Assembly (NCBI GenBank): GCA_040003255.1 | Contig: JBDUCV010000003.1 | Location: 255-64,254 of the forward strand | Direction: 5' to 3' | DNA length: 64,000 nt | From: Actinomycetota bacterium | GTDB taxonomy: Bacteria; Actinomycetota; Actinomycetes; Mycobacteriales; Jatrophihabitantaceae | Part shown: positions 50,455-60,012 of the stretch, piece by piece | How positions within the stretch are numbered: position 1 is the stretch's first letter | How the letters are laid out: the number at the start of each line of letters is the position of its first letter | Notes under the pieces: generated by a model | The model's input: only the letters and a program-made list of their open reading frames with translations | Told to the model about the DNA's origin: nothing | Databases searched by the model: none | Made by a program: the position numbers and the translations under genes

Positions 50455-52629
50455 ATGCGAGTGTCCAGCGACATCGTCCCCACCGTCGGCAAGTTCGAGG
50501 TGATCGCTGACTTCGAGCCGTCCGGCGACCAGCCGACTGCAATCGAGGACCTGGAACGCCGGATCCGGGCGGGGGAGCGTGACGTCGTGCTGCTCGGCGC
50601 CACCGGCACCGGCAAGTCGGCGACGACGGCGTGGCTGATCGAGCGGGTGCAACGCCCGACCCTGATCATGGCACCGAACAAGACATTAGCCGCGCAGCTG
50701 GCAAACGAACTGCGCGAGATGCTGCCCAACAACGCGGTCGAATACTTCGTGAGCTACTACGACTACTACCAGCCCGAGGCCTACGTCCCGCAGACCGACA
50801 CCTACATCGAGAAGGACTCCTCGGTGAACTCCGAGGTCGAACGGCTGCGCCACTCGGCAACCAATTCCCTGCTCACCCGGCGCGACGTGGTCGTCGTCGC
50901 GACCGTGTCCTGCATCTACGGCCTGGGTACCCCGCAGGAATACGTCGACCGGTCAGTGCGTCTGCACGTCGGCCAGCAGATCGGCCGTGAAACGATCCTG
51001 CGTGGGCTGGTGCAGGTGCAGTACACCCGCAACGACCTGTCGTTCAGCCGAGGCACTTTCCGCGTGCGCGGTGACACGGTCGAGATCTTCCCGATGTATG
51101 AGGAACTGGCGATCCGGGTCGAGATGTTTGGCGAGGACATCGAGCGGCTGTACTACCTGCACCCGCTGACCGGTGAGGTCATCCGGGAGGTTGACGAGGT
51201 GTTCGTCTTTCCAGCCACGCACTATGCGGCCGGTCCGGAGCGCATGGAGCGGGCGATCCGTGGCATCGAGGCCGAGCTCGCTGAGCGCCTCGCCGAGCTC
51301 GAGCAGCAGAACAAGCTGCTGGAAGCACAGCGGTTGCGGATGCGGACCAACTATGACGTCGAGATGATGCGCCAAGTGGGCTTCTGCTCGGGCATCGAGA
51401 ACTATTCGCTGCACATCGATGGCCGCGAGCGCGGCAGCGCGCCGAACTGCCTGCTCGACTACTTTCCCGAGGACTTCTTGCTGGTCATCGACGAATCGCA
51501 CGTCACCGTGCCGCAGACCGGGGGGATGTACGAGGGGGACATGTCACGCAAGCGGATGCTTGTCGAGCACGGGTTCCGGCTGCCCAGCGCGATGGACAAC
51601 CGTCCGCTGAAGTTCGAGGAGTTCGTCGACCGGATCGGCCAGACGGTCTACCTATCCGCGACGCCCGGGCCGTACGAGCTGGGACGGGCGAAGGGCGAGT
51701 TCGTCGAACAGGTGATCCGGCCGACCGGCCTGATCGATCCCGAAGTCGTCGTCAAGCCGACCAAGGGCCAGATCGACGACCTGGTGCACGAGATCCGCGA
51801 ACGGGCCGAGCGCAACGAGCGGGTGCTGGTGACGACGCTGACCAAGAAGATGGCCGAGGATCTCACCGACTACTTGCTCGAACTGGGGATTCGGGTGCGC
51901 TACCTGCACTCCGAGGTCGACACCCTGCGTCGCGTGGAACTGCTGCGTGAACTGCGGATGGGTGAGTTCGACGTCTTGGTCGGTATCAATCTGCTGCGTG
52001 AGGGCCTCGATCTGCCGGAGGTGTCCTTGGTATCGATCCTCGACGCCGACAAGGAGGGCTTTCTGCGCTCGGGCACCTCGCTGATCCAGACGATCGGGCG
52101 TGCGGCCCGCAACGTGTCGGGCCAAGTGCACATGTACGCCGACAGGATCACTCCTTCGATGCAGACCGCAATCGAGGAGACCAATCGCAGGCGTGCGAAG
52201 CAGGTGGCATACAACCGCGAGCGAGGGCTCGATCCCCAACCATTGCGCAAGCGGATCGCCGACATCACCGACATGCTGGCCCGCGAAGCAGCCGACACCG
52301 ACAAGCTGCTGGGCGAAGGTGGGGTCGCGGTCGGCGGTTCGGGTCGTTCGCAGTCGCGGGGCAAGTCACCCGTACCAGGCTTGGGCCGGTCCAGATCCGG
52401 ACGCGGCCCGGCTTCGGCCGGCGTCGTGGGCATTGGTGCGCATGCTGACGGCAAGCTCGACGTCGCCGAGATGCCCCGAGCCCAGCTCGCGGATCTCATC
52501 CAGCAGCTGAACGAGCAGATGCTCGCCGCAGCGCGCGAACTGCAATTCGAGATCGCCGCCCGGCTGCGCGACGAGATCCGAGAGCTGAAAAAGGAGCTGC
52601 GGGGCATGGACGTAGCGGGGGTGGGTTGA
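50455..52629 (+). CDS. uvrB: Excinuclease ABC subunit B
   Basis: [10 protein letters not shown], Walker [15 protein letters not shown], helicase motifs, and a C-terminal UVR domain ([18 protein letters not shown]) are present. Confidence 0.97.
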   Translation: MRVSSDIVPTVGKFEVIADFEPSGDQPTAIEDLERRIRAGERDVVLLGATGTGKSATTAWLIERVQRPTLIMAPNKTLAAQLANELREMLPNNAVEYFVSYYDYYQPEAYVPQTDTYIEKDSSVNSEVERLRHSATNSLLTRRDVVVVATVSCIYGLGTPQEYVDRSVRLHVGQQIGRETILRGLVQVQYTRNDLSFSRGTFRVRGDTVEIFPMYEELAIRVEMFGEDIERLYYLHPLTGEVIREVDEVFVFPATHYAAGPERMERAIRGIEAELAERLAELEQQNKLLEAQRLRMRTNYDVEMMRQVGFCSGIENYSLHIDGRERGSAPNCLLDYFPEDFLLVIDESHVTVPQTGGMYEGDMSRKRMLVEHGFRLPSAMDNRPLKFEEFVDRIGQTVYLSATPGPYELGRAKGEFVEQVIRPTGLIDPEVVVKPTKGQIDDLVHEIRERAERNERVLVTTLTKKMAEDLTDYLLELGIRVRYLHSEVDTLRRVELLRELRMGEFDVLVGINLLREGLDLPEVSLVSILDADKEGFLRSGTSLIQTIGRAARNVSGQVHMYADRITPSMQTAIEETNRRRAKQVAYNRERGLDPQPLRKRIADITDMLAREAADTDKLLGEGGVAVGGSGRSQSRGKSPVPGLGRSRSGRGPASAGVVGIGAHADGKLDVAEMPRAQLADLIQQLNEQMLAAARELQFEIAARLRDEIRELKKELRGMDVAGVG

Positions 52630-52633
52630 CGGG

Positions 52634-53101
52634 TTAGATGTGCGCCCATCGGTCCACCGACGTCACCACCACCACAATCCCGGCCGGTAATCGGCCGGTC
52701 TGGCCTGGCCAGACGGCCTGCTTGCTCATACTCGTCCCCGATCGAAGCCCTTTGACCGTCGCGTCAGTGCGACGCAGCGTCGAACCACTGGCCGAGCGCA
52801 TCGTCAGGCCGATCAGGTAGTTCGACGTCTTGGACGAATGGTTGGTGACGAAGACCGTCGTCCGGGCAAATCCGGCGGCATCGACGGTCGTCGAGCCCAG
52901 TGTGATGTCGGCGGCAGGCGGATGTCCGCCCAGTATCGCCCCGGGACCAGGCGCTGTTCGCAACCGCGTCGTCTTCGCGTCGTCGACCAACGCGATCAGG
53001 AGCAGCACTCCGATCACGGTCAAGATTGGCGCCCGCCAGCGCCAAATCCCCCGGATGAAGGTCCGCGGGGCAGACGGTTGCGGGTAGTACGGGTCCGACA
53101 C
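52634..53101 (-). CDS. Hypothetical membrane-anchored protein
   Basis: One TM helix (ILTVIGVLLLIALV) is followed by a beta-rich extracytoplasmic domain. No family is assigned. Confidence 0.5.
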   Translation of the reverse strand: MSDPYYPQPSAPRTFIRGIWRWRAPILTVIGVLLLIALVDDAKTTRLRTAPGPGAILGGHPPAADITLGSTTVDAAGFARTTVFVTNHSSKTSNYLIGLTMRSASGSTLRRTDATVKGLRSGTSMSKQAVWPGQTGRLPAGIVVVVTSVDRWAHI

Positions 53102-53158
53102 GGCATCGATGATCGCGCAGGAACCATGGTCGACGACACCCCCAACGGCTCCCGATCG

Positions 53159-54541
53159 CTAGTGATCTCGGGATGAATCCGCGCGCGCCCCTTCTCGGGG
53201 TCGTCGGCTCAGCGCGACAGCGAGCGGGGTGGCCAACGCGGCGACCGCAAAGGAGATCAGCGACGCGCTCATCCAGTTGGCCGGGGTGAACCCGATTGCC
53301 GACTGGACGTGCCCCCAGAACGATGCCCACCACGAGACGTACCCCGGATTGACGAGCTGGTAGGCGATGAAGCCCAGGGCCCATGGCACCAGCATGATCC
53401 ATCGCGGCGGTGCGTCGTCGGCGCAGTTCCACCGGTGCTGCCCGCCGAGCAGGAAGTAGTCGACGGCGAAGACAGCGAACATCGGCACGAAAACCGAGCC
53501 GATCAGCAGCAGGAAGCTCTGGTAGTCACCGATACCGAGCACCAGGCCGCCAAGCGTTGCCAACGCACCGATCGCGACGGCTAGCACGCGACGGTCCGCG
53601 AGGGGACGCACGTTCTGCGCCGACACGGCGGTCGAATAAACGTTGGTGAACGACTCGTCGAGCTCGCGCAGCACAAGCACCGCGAAGGGCAACCAGCCGA
53701 ACGGGACGTCGATGAACGCCCGGAACACGGGTGAGTGGTCGTCGGTGTCGGCACTCACCACCGTCGAGAAAGCCAGCAGCCCCAACGTGTAGTACGCGAT
53801 CTGCGCGACGCTGTAGCCGACGAAGGCTCCCCAGAACGCATCGCGCGAGCTGCGGGAATGCCGGGTGTAGTCGGCTGCGAGTGGCACGAACGACACCGAA
53901 ACCGCCAGGACGCCGTCGGCCGCCAGCCAGAACCCTGACCATGATCCGTGGTTGAACGCGGGGAGCGGCTCGCGGGCCAACTGAACCAGGAAGTAGACGG
54001 TCGCGGCCAGCACTGCGACGGAGGCATAGCGTCGCAGGATCCGGATCAAGCCGAGTGGGCGCAGCGCCATCAGGGTCGTGAGCACTCCGGCGACCACCAC
54101 ATAAGGCCAGTGAACGTTCCACGGAAGCAGCACCTCTGCCGCATTGGCGATCACGACCAGCTCGAATACCGCCCAGCCAAGGCACTGCATCAGGTTGAGC
54201 ACAGTCGGCAGGTAGGACAGCCGGCCTCCGAACAGACCGCGCAACAGGACCATCGCCGGGTGGCCGGTCTGTGCGCCCGGAACGGCCGAGAGGCCCAGCA
54301 GCACGGTGCCGATCACCGTGCCGACGACGACGGCGACGAAGGCCGCCAGCAGTGAGAGCGGCGCCGAGCCGGTTGGTGCGAGGACGTAGGCGGCATAGGC
54401 CGGACCGAGCAGGCTCACGCCGAGATTGGCCCACAGCGCCAGCTGGTCAAATAAGCTCAGTGTCCGTGGTGGCGGCTCCGCGAGGGTCCGTCCCGGCTCG
54501 GCCGCCGCTACGGACGGGCGGTTTCGTTCAGTGATCGACAT
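53159..54541 (-). CDS. NCS1 (purine-cytosine permease) family transporter, CytX-like putative hydroxymethylpyrimidine importer
   Basis: It is a 12-TM permease beginning ...LSLFDQLALWANLGVSLL. It sits directly behind a TPP riboswitch and next to thiD. The substrate is inferred from context. Confidence 0.8.
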   Translation of the reverse strand: MSITERNRPSVAAAEPGRTLAEPPPRTLSLFDQLALWANLGVSLLGPAYAAYVLAPTGSAPLSLLAAFVAVVVGTVIGTVLLGLSAVPGAQTGHPAMVLLRGLFGGRLSYLPTVLNLMQCLGWAVFELVVIANAAEVLLPWNVHWPYVVVAGVLTTLMALRPLGLIRILRRYASVAVLAATVYFLVQLAREPLPAFNHGSWSGFWLAADGVLAVSVSFVPLAADYTRHSRSSRDAFWGAFVGYSVAQIAYYTLGLLAFSTVVSADTDDHSPVFRAFIDVPFGWLPFAVLVLRELDESFTNVYSTAVSAQNVRPLADRRVLAVAIGALATLGGLVLGIGDYQSFLLLIGSVFVPMFAVFAVDYFLLGGQHRWNCADDAPPRWIMLVPWALGFIAYQLVNPGYVSWWASFWGHVQSAIGFTPANWMSASLISFAVAALATPLAVALSRRPREGARADSSRDH

Positions 54542-54544
54542 CGA

Positions 54545-54660
54545 CTCTCCCTTGGGCCGGCATTACCCGGCAGGTTCGGCGGTCGGCAGCACGGAGCCCG
54601 CGAAAATGCGAGCACTCATCCGCCCTCTCAGCCCGGTGGCCCCGAGCTCCCGCGGTGGTG
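54545..54660 (-). promoter_or_regulatory. TPP (THI-box) riboswitch 1, with its 3' end overlapping the SD of the permease
   Basis: The minus strand reads GGGAGC...CCGGGCUGAGAGGGC...GACCGCCGAACCUGCCGGGUAAUGCCGGCCCAAGGGAGAGUCGAUG. The conserved CUGAGA and ACCUG..GG.UAAUGCC.GC..AGGGA elements are present. The start codon is at 54541. Confidence 0.85.
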
Positions 54661-54763
54661 GACAGGTCAGAACACAGCTATCCCTTCGCTCGGCCGGACG
54701 CCCAGGCCACGTCGTTGCCCGTAGACACGTGCGCCACACCCCTCGCTGACGGCTGGGCGCATT

Positions 54764-54866
54764 CGCGACGACTCCCTGCGCCGGCATTACCCGGATCAGG
54801 TTCGACGGTCGGCGGCTCCCAGCCTGCCCTCTCAGCCCGGTCCGCACCGGGCTCCCGTGTTCGGTG
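54764..54866 (-). promoter_or_regulatory. TPP (THI-box) riboswitch 2, upstream tandem copy
   Basis: The minus strand reads GGGAGCCCGGUGCGGACCGGGCUGAGAGGGC...GACCGUCGAACCUGAUCCGGGUAAUGCCGGCGCAGGGAG. The core is nearly identical to riboswitch 1. Confidence 0.8.
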
Positions 54867-54883
54867 CCGACCTTACCCCTACG

Positions 54884-54919
54884 ATTTGCGGCGTCGGCCG
54901 GCTGGGCGACCCCGCAAAT
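54884..54919 (-). terminator. Hairpin immediately 3' of the thiD stop
   Basis: ATTTGCGG pairs with CCGCAAAT (8 bp) and there is an inner 4-bp GTCG/CGAC. The structure starts 3 nt after the thiD stop. There is no U-tract. Confidence 0.4.
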
Positions 54920-54921
54920 GA

Positions 54922-55740
54922 TCAATCCGGCCAGTCCCGCACGCGCCAGAAGTGCCCTACCGGGCCCCGGCCGGCACCGAGCGGAAAGCCGCCTGCGATC
55001 GCGCCGGTGACGAAGCGTTTGCCCTCGCCGACGGCGGCCTCGAGGTCAGCGCCTCGGGCCAGCGCCGCACAGATCGCCGCGGCCAAGGTGTCGCCCGAGC
55101 CGTGAGTGTGGACGGTGTCGTACCGCGGCGCGGTCACGTCGACGAATCGCGACCCGTCATAAAGCAGGTCGAGCGCGCCGACCGGGTCGTCGTCGGGCAG
55201 GTGGCCACCCTTTACCAAGACCCATTGCGGCCCGAACGCATGTAGCGCGCGGGCGGCGTCACGCATCCCGGCCCGGTCGCGTACCTCGATGCCGGTCAGC
55301 AGCGACACCTCGGTCAGGTTGGGGGTGATCAGCGTCGCGAGCGGGAACAACTGCCCGGTCAGGACGTCGATCGCGTCGGGTGCCAACAGCGGGTCGCCGT
55401 GCTGTGAGGCTGACACCGGGTCGATGACGAGGGGGGCGATGCGCAGCCTTCGCACAGTGTCAGCGATCGCCTCGATGATCGGCGCCGAGGCGAGCATGCC
55501 GGTCTTCGCCGCGCCGATCCCGATATCGCTCGCCACCGACTCGATCTGCTCAACGACCGCCCGCGGCGGCAGCTCGTACACGCCGCTCACGCCGAGGGAA
55601 TTCTGCGCGGTGACCGCCGTGATCGCGGCCAGGCCGTGCACTCGGCATGCGAGGAAGGTCTTCAGATCCGCCTGCAAGCCGGCGCCGCCACCAGAATCGG
55701 AGCCGGCGATGGTCAGGGCGGTCGGCGGCGAAGTCTGCAT
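54922..55740 (-). CDS. thiD: Hydroxymethylpyrimidine/phosphomethylpyrimidine kinase
   Basis: ALTIAGSDSGGGAGLQADLKTF, then GAAKTGML, and C-terminal HGSGDTLAAAI are present. I chose the ATG at 55740. Confidence 0.9.
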   Translation of the reverse strand: MQTSPPTALTIAGSDSGGGAGLQADLKTFLACRVHGLAAITAVTAQNSLGVSGVYELPPRAVVEQIESVASDIGIGAAKTGMLASAPIIEAIADTVRRLRIAPLVIDPVSASQHGDPLLAPDAIDVLTGQLFPLATLITPNLTEVSLLTGIEVRDRAGMRDAARALHAFGPQWVLVKGGHLPDDDPVGALDLLYDGSRFVDVTAPRYDTVHTHGSGDTLAAAICAALARGADLEAAVGEGKRFVTGAIAGGFPLGAGRGPVGHFWRVRDWPD

Positions 55741-55786
55741 GGCGGGCAAGTATGGCGCGCCGACCGGACGACCCATCGGCGGTGCC

Positions 55787-56197
55787 ATGATCGCCGCCGT
55801 GACTATCCGGCATGTGACGTTCACCGCGACCGACGTCGCGATCAGCGTGGCCTTCTTCGACGCGGTACTCGCAACGATCGGCCTGGTTCGGCTGCAAGAG
55901 TTCGCCGACGAGGAGGAGCACCCGGCCGATGTGCCATTAGACGCGGTCGGATTCGGCCCCCCCGACGGTGAGCCGCTGCTGTGGGTGGTAGCGGGTCCGG
56001 CAGCCACCCGGGGGGTGCACGTGGCGTTCACTGCTGGGTCGCGGGATCAGGTGGATGCGTTTTTCGCCGCCGGCATCGCGCATGGCGGCACCGCCCGGCA
56101 GTCGCCGCGGCGCTGGGAGATCTACCGCCCCGGTTACTACGGCGCGCTCGTCGCCGACCCGGACGCCAACCTGGTCGAGGCAATTTTGGACGAGTAA
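55787..56197 (+). CDS. VOC (glyoxalase/bleomycin-resistance/dioxygenase) family protein
   Basis: IRHVTFTATDVAISVAFFDAVL...HVAF...YYGALVADPDANLVEA is typical of small VOC proteins. The ATG is at 55787. Confidence 0.75.
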   Translation: MIAAVTIRHVTFTATDVAISVAFFDAVLATIGLVRLQEFADEEEHPADVPLDAVGFGPPDGEPLLWVVAGPAATRGVHVAFTAGSRDQVDAFFAAGIAHGGTARQSPRRWEIYRPGYYGALVADPDANLVEAILDE

Positions 56198-56299
56198 CTC
56201 CGCCGGGTTGAGATGGCGGGCTGTGCAGCGACGCACCACATACGTTGGCGAACGCGCGTTCACTCTTGTCACATGAATCCCATCTGGCACACTGGCCCC

Positions 56300-57292
56300 A
56301 TGGGCAAGCTGCGCGTGCTCACGACCGGTGGGCTCCTCGCAGCCGTGGGCGTCGCGGCCGTCCTGGTCGTTGGGATGGCCGGCGCCCGGCCGCGATCGAT
56401 CGACCACGACGCGCTGGCGCCGCTGCCCGGCTCTCCCGTCCCGGCGTCCCAATCCAAGCAGCTGCCGTCGAGCCGAGGGACTGCGCCACGCGACAGCGCC
56501 AAGCCAGACCGGAGCACCGGACGGCGTATCGCGTCCGCGCTAACCCCGACGCCGGATCCGGCGAGCACGGCCACTCCGAAGCCCGCCACCTCGCCCACCG
56601 CGCGGCGCCCGGTGTCATCGTCGACCAGCCCGGCGCCGGCGCCAATCAGCACGACCACAGCGGTGGCGCCGAAGACGCCGCCTGCACTGGTCCGCGGGCA
56701 GCCGCTGCCGCTTGGCTATCCGACCGCAACGGCGACTCGGGTCGTTACCGTCGTCGCCTCGTCGACCTCGAGTACTACGGCCAGCGTCCAGGCTTGGGAC
56801 CGCGCGCCCGGTGGTGGATGGTTGCGGCACGGTCCAGCGATCGGGGCCCGGGTCGGCTCGGAGGGCCTGACCACGGCCCCCAGCGAGAGCCGCTCCGCGA
56901 CACCGATCGGCAGCTTCACGCTGACGCAGGCGTTCGGACGGGCCACCAATCCAGGCACCGGGCTGCCCTACTTCGTGGCCGGCGTTAGCGACTGGTGGGT
57001 CAGTGACACCTCCTCGTCGCTCTACAACACGCACCAGCGCTGCACCTCCTGCCCGTTCGATACGGCGGCGAGTGAAAACCTGTATGGAGCGGGGCCGGTC
57101 TACGGCTACGCGGTGGTGATCGACTACAACCGATTCCCGGTCCAGAACGGCGCCGGGAGCGCGTTCTTCTTGCACGTCACGGACGGGTCGGCCACGGCGG
57201 GCTGCGTGTCGATTCCGCGCGACAATCTCGTGGCGATCATGCAATGGCTCACTCCGAGCGCGCAGCCGAGAATTCTGATCGGCGTCGCATGA
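56300..57292 (+). CDS. L,D-transpeptidase (YkuD) family protein with a Pro/Ser/Thr-rich linker
   Basis: A signal/TM segment is followed by the catalytic motif GSAFFLHVTDGSATAGCVSIP (His...Cys). Confidence 0.8.
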   Translation: MGKLRVLTTGGLLAAVGVAAVLVVGMAGARPRSIDHDALAPLPGSPVPASQSKQLPSSRGTAPRDSAKPDRSTGRRIASALTPTPDPASTATPKPATSPTARRPVSSSTSPAPAPISTTTAVAPKTPPALVRGQPLPLGYPTATATRVVTVVASSTSSTTASVQAWDRAPGGGWLRHGPAIGARVGSEGLTTAPSESRSATPIGSFTLTQAFGRATNPGTGLPYFVAGVSDWWVSDTSSSLYNTHQRCTSCPFDTAASENLYGAGPVYGYAVVIDYNRFPVQNGAGSAFFLHVTDGSATAGCVSIPRDNLVAIMQWLTPSAQPRILIGVA

Positions 57293-57304
57293 GAGGGTGG
57301 TCCA

Positions 57305-58147
57305 GTGCCCGCCGCCCGTCCCCGGTTGCTGACCGCCGGCGCGACCGTGGCGGTACTCATGATCGCCGGGTGCTCTTCCGCCCGTCCGGCCCAGCGCACG
57401 ACTGACCCCGGGTCTTCCGCAGCGACGACGAGTGTGGCGCCGAGCCGTACCGAGGCTGCGCCCGCGATCGGGCACAGCGCACTACCGGCGAGCCCTGCTG
57501 GCCGGGCGCGGAGAACGGTCACCAGCCGCGAGCCGGCTCCGGTGGGCGCGCCCGCCTTACTGCCCCTGAGCTATCCGACCGGCGACGCGCAGCAGGCGCT
57601 CACTGTGGTGGCATCGTCGACGAGCAGCACGACCGGCATCGTCCAGGCCTGGCAGCGGTCGGCAACCGGATGGTCCAAGCACGGCGCGCCGGTGGCCGCG
57701 AACCTCGGCTCGGCCGGGATGACCAGTCACCCGAGCGAGAGCACCTCGGCGACACCCATGGGCAGCTTCACGCTCACCGAGGCATTCGGCGGTGCCCCGA
57801 ACCCGGCCACCCGGCTGCCGTATTTCCAGACGACGAACGATGACTGGTGGGTCAGCGACGCGACATCGCGTTACTACAACACCCACTACCGCTGCGCCGG
57901 CGGGTGCCCGTTCGACACGAGTGCGGGCGAGAACCTGGCCCAGGCAGGCGCCGTCTACACCTACGCGGTCGTCATCGACTACAACCGGTTTCCGGTGACG
58001 CCCGGGGCCGGTAGCGCGTTCTTCCTGCATGTCAGCGGCGGCACGGCCACCGCGGGCTGCGTCTCGATGCCTGAGTGGGCGCTGCGCTCGATCATGCAGT
58101 GGCTCGATCCGGCCGCGCACCCGCGCGTGCTGATTGGTACCGGTTGA
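57305..58147 (+). CDS. L,D-transpeptidase (YkuD) family lipoprotein, tandem paralog
   Basis: The lipobox is MIAGC and the catalytic motif is GSAFFLHVSGGTATAGCVSMP. It is collinear with the upstream paralog over the C-terminal ~200 aa. Confidence 0.8.
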   Translation: MPAARPRLLTAGATVAVLMIAGCSSARPAQRTTDPGSSAATTSVAPSRTEAAPAIGHSALPASPAGRARRTVTSREPAPVGAPALLPLSYPTGDAQQALTVVASSTSSTTGIVQAWQRSATGWSKHGAPVAANLGSAGMTSHPSESTSATPMGSFTLTEAFGGAPNPATRLPYFQTTNDDWWVSDATSRYYNTHYRCAGGCPFDTSAGENLAQAGAVYTYAVVIDYNRFPVTPGAGSAFFLHVSGGTATAGCVSMPEWALRSIMQWLDPAAHPRVLIGTG

Positions 58148-58269
58148 GTGCAGGGTGACCAGCACCGGGTGGTGCGGGTCGGCCACGGTCACTGGCTCGC
58201 CGCGCACGTCCCCAGCGCGGTCACTCAACCACTGCCCGGCGAGGGCCTTCAGGGGCGAGTGCGGACGGA

Positions 58270-58980
58270 TCACTGGAACAGCGGTGGCAGCGCGAACAGC
58301 ATCGCGCCCGACCAGGTGACGTGGGTGAGCACCGGCGCGAGGATGCCGCCGGACGCGCGGCGTTGCAAGCCGAGCAGCGTGCCGAGAGCCGCGGCGGCCA
58401 AGACCAGCATGGGATTGGCCGTGGCGAATGTCGTCAGGGTGTAGATCCCCGTCGACACGGCGACGGGCCGGTATTGCCCGACGGCCGCGAACAGCGCGCC
58501 CCGGAAAAAGATCTCCTCGGCGATGCCGTTGAGCACGGTGACGGCCAAGACGAGCAGGAGTGATCCGCGACGGGCGTGTTCCAGGACGTCATCGGTAAGA
58601 GCGCGTAACGGACCGATCTCACGGATGATCAGCGCGCCCACCACGAACACTGCGGCCGCAGCCAAGCCCAGCACGATCGGGGTGACGAGCGGGCGACGCA
58701 GTTCGGTGCGAAACCGGATCCGGCCCAGGTGCAGCGGGCCCGATGCGACGCCGCCGAGGAACCAGGTCGCCGCCAGCGCAGCCGTCAGCCAGTAGAACGC
58801 GGGGTCGCCGGCGCGGACGGACAGTGAAAACCCGAGCAGGGTGGCTCCGACGACGAGAGTGGCGAGGACCACGGCGCGGCGGCGGTGGAAGGCTGCGTCA
58901 GGCTCCATGTGGTCGCGCGGCACCTTGTCGAGCAACCCCGCACCGAGGACTCGCTGCACCCTGTGGTGCCCGCCGGTCAT
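58270..58980 (-). CDS. CPBP-family intramembrane glutamic endopeptidase (CAAX protease/Abi)
   Basis: The protein is multi-TM with motif 1 EEIFFRG and a C-terminal H in LTHVTWS. The ATG at 58980 overlaps the upstream stop. Confidence 0.75.
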   Translation of the reverse strand: MTGGHHRVQRVLGAGLLDKVPRDHMEPDAAFHRRRAVVLATLVVGATLLGFSLSVRAGDPAFYWLTAALAATWFLGGVASGPLHLGRIRFRTELRRPLVTPIVLGLAAAAVFVVGALIIREIGPLRALTDDVLEHARRGSLLLVLAVTVLNGIAEEIFFRGALFAAVGQYRPVAVSTGIYTLTTFATANPMLVLAAAALGTLLGLQRRASGGILAPVLTHVTWSGAMLFALPPLFQ

Positions 58981-59882
58981 CCGGCGGCGCCTGCCGCGTG
59001 CCGTTCTGCCAGGGCCAGGCGGACGGCGTCCTCGTAGCCCATTGGCTCGCCCGGGACGAGCTGGCGGATCGAGTCGTCGTGAACGATAACCTCGTTCGTC
59101 ATCGAATCGACGAGGTTGCGCGCGGTCGGTATATCTACGTCGGTCACGAGGGCAAGCCACAGCGACGAGAGCCGTGGGGTGAGCAGGGGCAGAGAAACGA
59201 CGGGCAGCAGCCGCTTGTTCTGGATTCGGGCCACGACCTTGAGCATGTCGACGTAGCTGACGATCTCTGGGCCACCGACCTCGTAGACGGCGCCGTCCGC
59301 GTCGGGAGCGTCGAGGACGCCGACGAGATAACGGACCACGTCGGGCAGCGCGATTGGTTGCGTTCGGGTGTTCACCCAGCGCGGCGCGAGCATCACCGGC
59401 AGATGGTTGACCAGCTGGCGGGTGATCTCCCAGGAGATGCCGCCGTGCCCGATCACGACGGCCGCTCGCAGCACGGTCACCGGCACGCCGCCCACAGCGA
59501 GTAGGCGTTCGACCTCGCGCCGCGACCGGAGGTGCGCCGACAGCGTCCCGTCGTCGTCACCGAGACCGCCCAGGTAAACGATGCGCTCGACTCCTGCCTT
59601 CGCAGCGGCAATGCCGAAGCTCCGCGCGGCCTCGGCGTCCTTGCGCTCGAAGTCGTCGGTACCCAACGAGTGCACGAGGTAGTAGGCGGTCTCGATATCG
59701 CGAAGCGCATCGCGCAGACTGGCGGGATCGTCGACGTCGCCGGCCACGGGTTGCCCGGGACCGGCATAGTCGTCAGGTCGGCGGGTCATCGCCCGCACTC
59801 GGTGACCGTCCGCCAGCAGCGCGGTGGTGAGGCGGGAGCCGACGAATCCGGACGCCCCGGTGACCAGAACCTGCTTCGGCAT
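58977..59882 (-). CDS. NAD(P)H-binding protein (atypical SDR / NmrA-like)
   Basis: The N-terminus VLVTGASGFVGSRL is a Rossmann motif. The length is about 300 aa. Confidence 0.8.
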   Translation of the reverse strand: MPKQVLVTGASGFVGSRLTTALLADGHRVRAMTRRPDDYAGPGQPVAGDVDDPASLRDALRDIETAYYLVHSLGTDDFERKDAEAARSFGIAAAKAGVERIVYLGGLGDDDGTLSAHLRSRREVERLLAVGGVPVTVLRAAVVIGHGGISWEITRQLVNHLPVMLAPRWVNTRTQPIALPDVVRYLVGVLDAPDADGAVYEVGGPEIVSYVDMLKVVARIQNKRLLPVVSLPLLTPRLSSLWLALVTDVDIPTARNLVDSMTNEVIVHDDSIRQLVPGEPMGYEDAVRLALAERHAAGAAG

Positions 59883-60012
59883 GGGACTCCGTTCGACGGC
59901 GGACCGGGCCGCTCAGCGATGCGTATCTGGCATTTCCAGCTTACCCGGACGTATCGCATCGCCTTTGACGCCGGAAACCGCCACTGTGACGAACCGGCCG
60001 CGCGCGGACAGA

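Noticed and set aside
54667-54762. 31-codon ORF (MRPAVSEGCGARVYGQRRGLGVRPSEGIAVF) between the two TPP riboswitches, with an SD-like AGGGAG
   Set aside because: GC3 is about 71%, versus the ~85% measured on the candidate coding ORF at 19971-20171. There are no recognisable features. I treat it as a leader or remnant, not a gene, and mention it only in the riboswitch finding.
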